Assembly (NCBI RefSeq): GCF_000737315.1
Contig: NZ_JMCB01000030.1
Location: 14,558 to 78,557, forward strand
Direction of reading: 5' to 3'
DNA: 64,000 nt
Source of the DNA: Hyalangium minutum
Lineage (GTDB): Bacteria; Myxococcota; Myxococcia; Myxococcales; Myxococcaceae
Part shown: positions 60,686 to 64,000 of the stretch, piece after piece
How the letters are laid out: each line of letters begins with the position of its first letter
How positions within the stretch are numbered: the stretch's first letter is position 1
The notes under the pieces: model-generated
The model's database searches: none
What the model saw: the letters and a program-made list of their open reading frames with translations, nothing else
What the model was told of the DNA's origin: nothing
Position numbers and translations under genes: made by a program

Positions 60686-62005
60686 ATGTCCGAACCAACC
60701 CCCGCCGTGCCGGCCCTGGAGACCGAGGCCCGCCCGGTGGATGTGTCCGAGCGAGTCGTCCTGCTGGACGTGCTGCGCGGCTTCGCCCTGTGGGGCGTCT
60801 TCCTCTCGAACAGCTTCATGTGGTTCAGCGGGCGCAACCTGCTGCCGCGCGAGCAGGCCAAGGCGCTGGGAGCTCCGCTGTTCGAGGGAGTGGTCAGCTC
60901 GCTCTACCACTTCTTCGTGAACCAGAAGTTCGTCACCCTCTTCTCGTTCCTGTTCGGACTGGGCTTCACCATCCAGCTGTCGCGCGCCAAGGCCCGGGGC
61001 CGTGCGATTGTCCCGCTGTACTCGCGACGGCTGCTGGTGCTGCTGGGCATCGGCCTGACGCACCTCTTCGGAATCTGGCCCGGTGACGTGCTCTCCACCT
61101 ATGCCCTGGTGGGCTTCGTGCTGCTGCTCTTCCGTGAGCGCTCGGACAAGACGGTGCTGATCTGGGTGCTGGTGCTGGTGGGAGTGGTGCCACTGGTGGC
61201 GCCCCTGATCCAGCACTATGGCCCCATCCTGCTGCACGGTGCACAGGCGGCGGCCGAGCAGGCCAAGGCGCAGGAGGAGGCACTGGCCCAGATGCGGGCG
61301 CGGTACCTGGCGGGCCGCGCGAGCGATTCCTTCTGGGCCGTCCAGCTGGAGAGCGCGCGATACTTCGTCACGGCCATGGTCTGGCAGGTCAACCGCCTGC
61401 TCTGGATGATCGAGATCCTCGGCCGCTTCCTGCTGGGCCTGCTGGCGGGACGGCATCTGCTGATGCAGGACGTGGAGCGCAACCGCCCGTGGCACCGCCG
61501 GCTGCTCGTGTGGGGACTGGTGCTGGGCGTGCTGGGCAATGGCGCGATGGTGGTGGTGCAGCGCCTGCGCATCGCGGGGCTGGTGGACCCCGTGAAGGAT
61601 GCGTGGATGGTGATCATGCCGCTCATCCACGAGGCGGGCTACCTGGGGTTGGCCGCGGTGTACGTGGCCGCCTTTGCCCTGCTCTTCCAGCGCGAGGGGT
61701 GGCGCAAACGGATGTCGGTGCTGGCGCCGGTAGGCCGCATGGCGCTCACCAATTACCTGACGCAGTCGGTGGTGAGCCTCTGCCTCTACGACGGGTGGGG
61801 GCTGGGGCTCGTGGGCAAGCTGCCGCCGTCGCGCTGTGTGGCGCTGACGATGGCCGTGTTCGCGCTGCAGATCCCCTTCAGCCACGGGTGGCTGTCCCGG
61901 TTCCGCTTCGGCCCGGCCGAGTGGCTGTGGCGCTCGCTCACCTACGGCCGGGCCCAGCCCATGCGCCTGGCGCCCCCGAGCGCCCCGGAGTCGGCGGCGA
62001 GCTGA
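60686..62005 (+). CDS. DUF418/YeiB-family membrane protein
   Basis: LDVLRGFALWG, KFVTLFSFLFG, GRMALTNYL, GPAEWLWRSLTY. Confidence 0.92.
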   Translation: MSEPTPAVPALETEARPVDVSERVVLLDVLRGFALWGVFLSNSFMWFSGRNLLPREQAKALGAPLFEGVVSSLYHFFVNQKFVTLFSFLFGLGFTIQLSRAKARGRAIVPLYSRRLLVLLGIGLTHLFGIWPGDVLSTYALVGFVLLLFRERSDKTVLIWVLVLVGVVPLVAPLIQHYGPILLHGAQAAAEQAKAQEEALAQMRARYLAGRASDSFWAVQLESARYFVTAMVWQVNRLLWMIEILGRFLLGLLAGRHLLMQDVERNRPWHRRLLVWGLVLGVLGNGAMVVVQRLRIAGLVDPVKDAWMVIMPLIHEAGYLGLAAVYVAAFALLFQREGWRKRMSVLAPVGRMALTNYLTQSVVSLCLYDGWGLGLVGKLPPSRCVALTMAVFALQIPFSHGWLSRFRFGPAEWLWRSLTYGRAQPMRLAPPSAPESAAS

Positions 62006-62155
62006 GCTCCGAGGCCAGCAGTCCCCCTCTCGATGCCTCGGGACGGGAGGGTTCCGGTGTCTGGCACAACCCGCCAGGGCGGCATGACGCCCGCCTACTC
62101 GTTGGGTAGGCTGCGCGAGGGCGGAGCTGACCGCCCCATCACGCCGAGGTATGCA

Positions 62156-63610
62156 ATGACAGACATTCCCTCCCCTGCCTCCCTCAGTCCTGGGGACCTC
62201 GTAGGCCCCTGGCGCATCGAGGGCTATGCCGGCCGGGGTTCCTACGGCCTGGTCTTCCGGGCCCGGCTCGCTTCACAGCCTGACTCGCCTCCAGTGGCGC
62301 TGAAGATGGCTGTCTTCCCCGGAGACCCGCGCTTCCGCCGCGAGGCCACCTTGTTGGAGAAGCTCCAGCATCCATCGGTGCCACGGCTGCTGGATCAGGG
62401 GGAGTGGCATGCTTCGGCCGACGCCGTTCACCCCTACATCGTCATGCAGTGGATCCACGGACTGCCGCTGTACGAGTGGGCGCGTCACCACCCGGTCTCC
62501 CCCCGACAAGCGCTCTTGGTGGTGGCCCAGGTGGCTGACGCACTGGCCCTGCTCCACCAAATCGAAGGCCTCCACCGCGACATGAAGGGCGACAACATCT
62601 TGGTCGATGCTCAAGGACGGGCCGTGCTCATCGACTTCGGCTCGGGGACTTGGAAGGGGGCGCCTCCTTTGACGCAGAGCCTGATGCCCCCCAACACTCC
62701 GGAGTACCGCAGCCCTCAGGCGCTGCGCTTCCACTGGAAGCACTGGGACACCCTCGAGGCTCGCTACGAGCCGACAGCCGCCGATGATGTCTATGCGTTG
62801 GGCGTCACGGCCTTCAAGCTGGTGACGCGCGTCTATCCGCCTCCGGGAACGAGCCCGGAGGACGTCAAGCAGCGGCTGCAGACGCCTCCTCCCCGGCGCC
62901 TGCCCGCTCAAGCGCACAACAGCCGCGTGGGGCCGGAGTTCTCCGCGCTCATCGAGCGCATGTTGGCGGAGGATCCCCAGCAACGCGCCTCCCCACGAGA
63001 GGTGGCCGAGGAAGCGATGACCATCGCTCGGCGACTGGGCTCCAGGGCCAACGAGCCGCTCTTCACCGTGGACCGGCCTGGTGCTGCGGTTCGCTGCGGG
63101 CCCGCTCCCGCCGTACCTGCGGCGCATGCAGTTCCAGCGGCTGAACCTGCTCGAGCCAGCGCCGAGCACCCCAAGCTCGCCAGGGCGTTGGGCTCCTGCC
63201 TGACAGCCCTCTTGGTGGTCTGGGGGAGCCAGAGCCTCTTTGGGCCAGACCGCCCCCCTGATTCGGAGCTGCTCGTGGCCATGCCACCGGAAGCCTCCGA
63301 TGGGGGCGCCGCACCCGATGGAGGAACCCGCGCGTTGGGCGAGGAGGCACTTGCCGCTCGCGTCGAGCCCCCACAGCTTCCGCTACTCGCCAAGGTGGTC
63401 TCGACAGACCTGCCGACTCAACCACTGCCTGGACAGAAACGTCCCCCCTGCCAACGCAACGGGGCCAAGGTCATCCAGGGCGGCTGCTGGCTCCTCCTAG
63501 CCGACGTCGAGCCGCCCTGCGGCTTCAACGAGTACGAGTGGCAGGGCGCCTGTTACTCTGTCATGTACGAGCGTCCGCGCGCGCCCACCTCCGACACCCC
63601 TCAGCAGTAG
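62156..63610 (+). CDS. Membrane Ser/Thr kinase with Cys-rich C-terminal domain
   Basis: GRGSYG, ALK, HRDMKGDN, DFG; TM; PLPGQKRPPC...GGCW...PPC...WQGACY. Confidence 0.9.
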   Translation: MTDIPSPASLSPGDLVGPWRIEGYAGRGSYGLVFRARLASQPDSPPVALKMAVFPGDPRFRREATLLEKLQHPSVPRLLDQGEWHASADAVHPYIVMQWIHGLPLYEWARHHPVSPRQALLVVAQVADALALLHQIEGLHRDMKGDNILVDAQGRAVLIDFGSGTWKGAPPLTQSLMPPNTPEYRSPQALRFHWKHWDTLEARYEPTAADDVYALGVTAFKLVTRVYPPPGTSPEDVKQRLQTPPPRRLPAQAHNSRVGPEFSALIERMLAEDPQQRASPREVAEEAMTIARRLGSRANEPLFTVDRPGAAVRCGPAPAVPAAHAVPAAEPARASAEHPKLARALGSCLTALLVVWGSQSLFGPDRPPDSELLVAMPPEASDGGAAPDGGTRALGEEALAARVEPPQLPLLAKVVSTDLPTQPLPGQKRPPCQRNGAKVIQGGCWLLLADVEPPCGFNEYEWQGACYSVMYERPRAPTSDTPQQ

Positions 63611-63632
63611 ACACTGCGGTGCATCGCAGGCA

Positions 63633-63659
63633 GCGGGTTCGATTCCCGCCGCCTCCACT
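63633..63659 (+). mobile_element. att-like copy of the tmRNA (ssrA) 3' end
   Basis: GCGGG-TTCGATT-CCCGC-CGCCTCC-A-CT: T-arm plus Ala-type acceptor 3' strand, CCA incomplete, no 5' part. Confidence 0.75.
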
Positions 63660-63673
63660 TCCTGAGTACGTCT

Positions 63674-63886
63674 TTACGGATGGTTAGCCGCTTCCTCCAT
63701 CCGTGTTGCACGTATGTCGCATGCGGGCGCAAGCGGCAGGGGCCGGTCGAGAACACCGACCGCCTCTCGCCGCGTGTCGGGGCTCAGGTGGGCATAGCGC
63801 TCGGTCATTTCGATGGTGACGTGTCCCATCTACTCCTGGATGACCTTGAGCGGAACGCCCCGCATAGCGAGGTGGCTCGCGGTATC
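63674..63886 (-). pseudogene. Tyrosine integrase C-terminal remnant
   Basis: ASHLAMRGVPLKVIQE*MGHVTIEMTERYAHLSP; in-frame TAG at 63830-63832; no upstream catalytic-domain sequence in frame. Confidence 0.88.
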
Positions 63887-64000
63887 AGTTCGGTGGCGCT
63901 GATCTCTCTCCTCGTCGCCAGCGTCACGGCTCAGGCGTTGGCCCTCGTCTCCGCGATCAGCCCCTGGTTCGCCTGGCTTCACTCTCTCGTCGTCGAGGAG

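Noticed and set aside
63633-63659. Functional tRNA or tmRNA gene
   Set aside because: Only T-arm and acceptor 3' strand; no 5' strand or D-arm; CCA incomplete
63892-64000. Hydrophobic open frame at the right edge
   Set aside because: Too short and truncated to call

Overview
High-GC window from a myxobacterium (Archangiaceae/Cystobacterineae-like, judged from gene content and codon style). Left edge, minus strand: two tandem ~134-nt structured RNAs, each a circularly permuted tRNA module (one Pro-UGG-like, one Arg-UCG-like) inside a shared scaffold. They lie directly upstream of a helical + C-terminal vWA protein, an arrangement resembling a divergent Y RNA (YrlA)/Ro60 system. Accessory genes follow: an AAC(3)-IV-like acetyltransferase, a MnxG-like giant multicopper oxidase cluster (beta-propeller, tandem SCO, cytochrome c/binding protein) and a CapA-like gene, ending at tRNA-Pro(CGG). 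The middle holds housekeeping genes (rpe, HD-GYP, pyk, NFACT, dusB, desaturase, ECF/NrsF, bcp) and a TOMM/YcaO RiPP-like cluster (NHLP-type precursor, kinase/pseudo-cyclase/ATPase, BBE-like flavoenzyme, amidohydrolase). Further right are a glycosyltransferase operon with a degenerate LuxR regulator and a His-less DHp-like protein, ftsH and a LysM-CHAP-like protein. The window ends with Ser/Thr kinase - tmRNA 3'-end att copy - broken integrase. Product calls come from motif recognition by eye; no searches were run.
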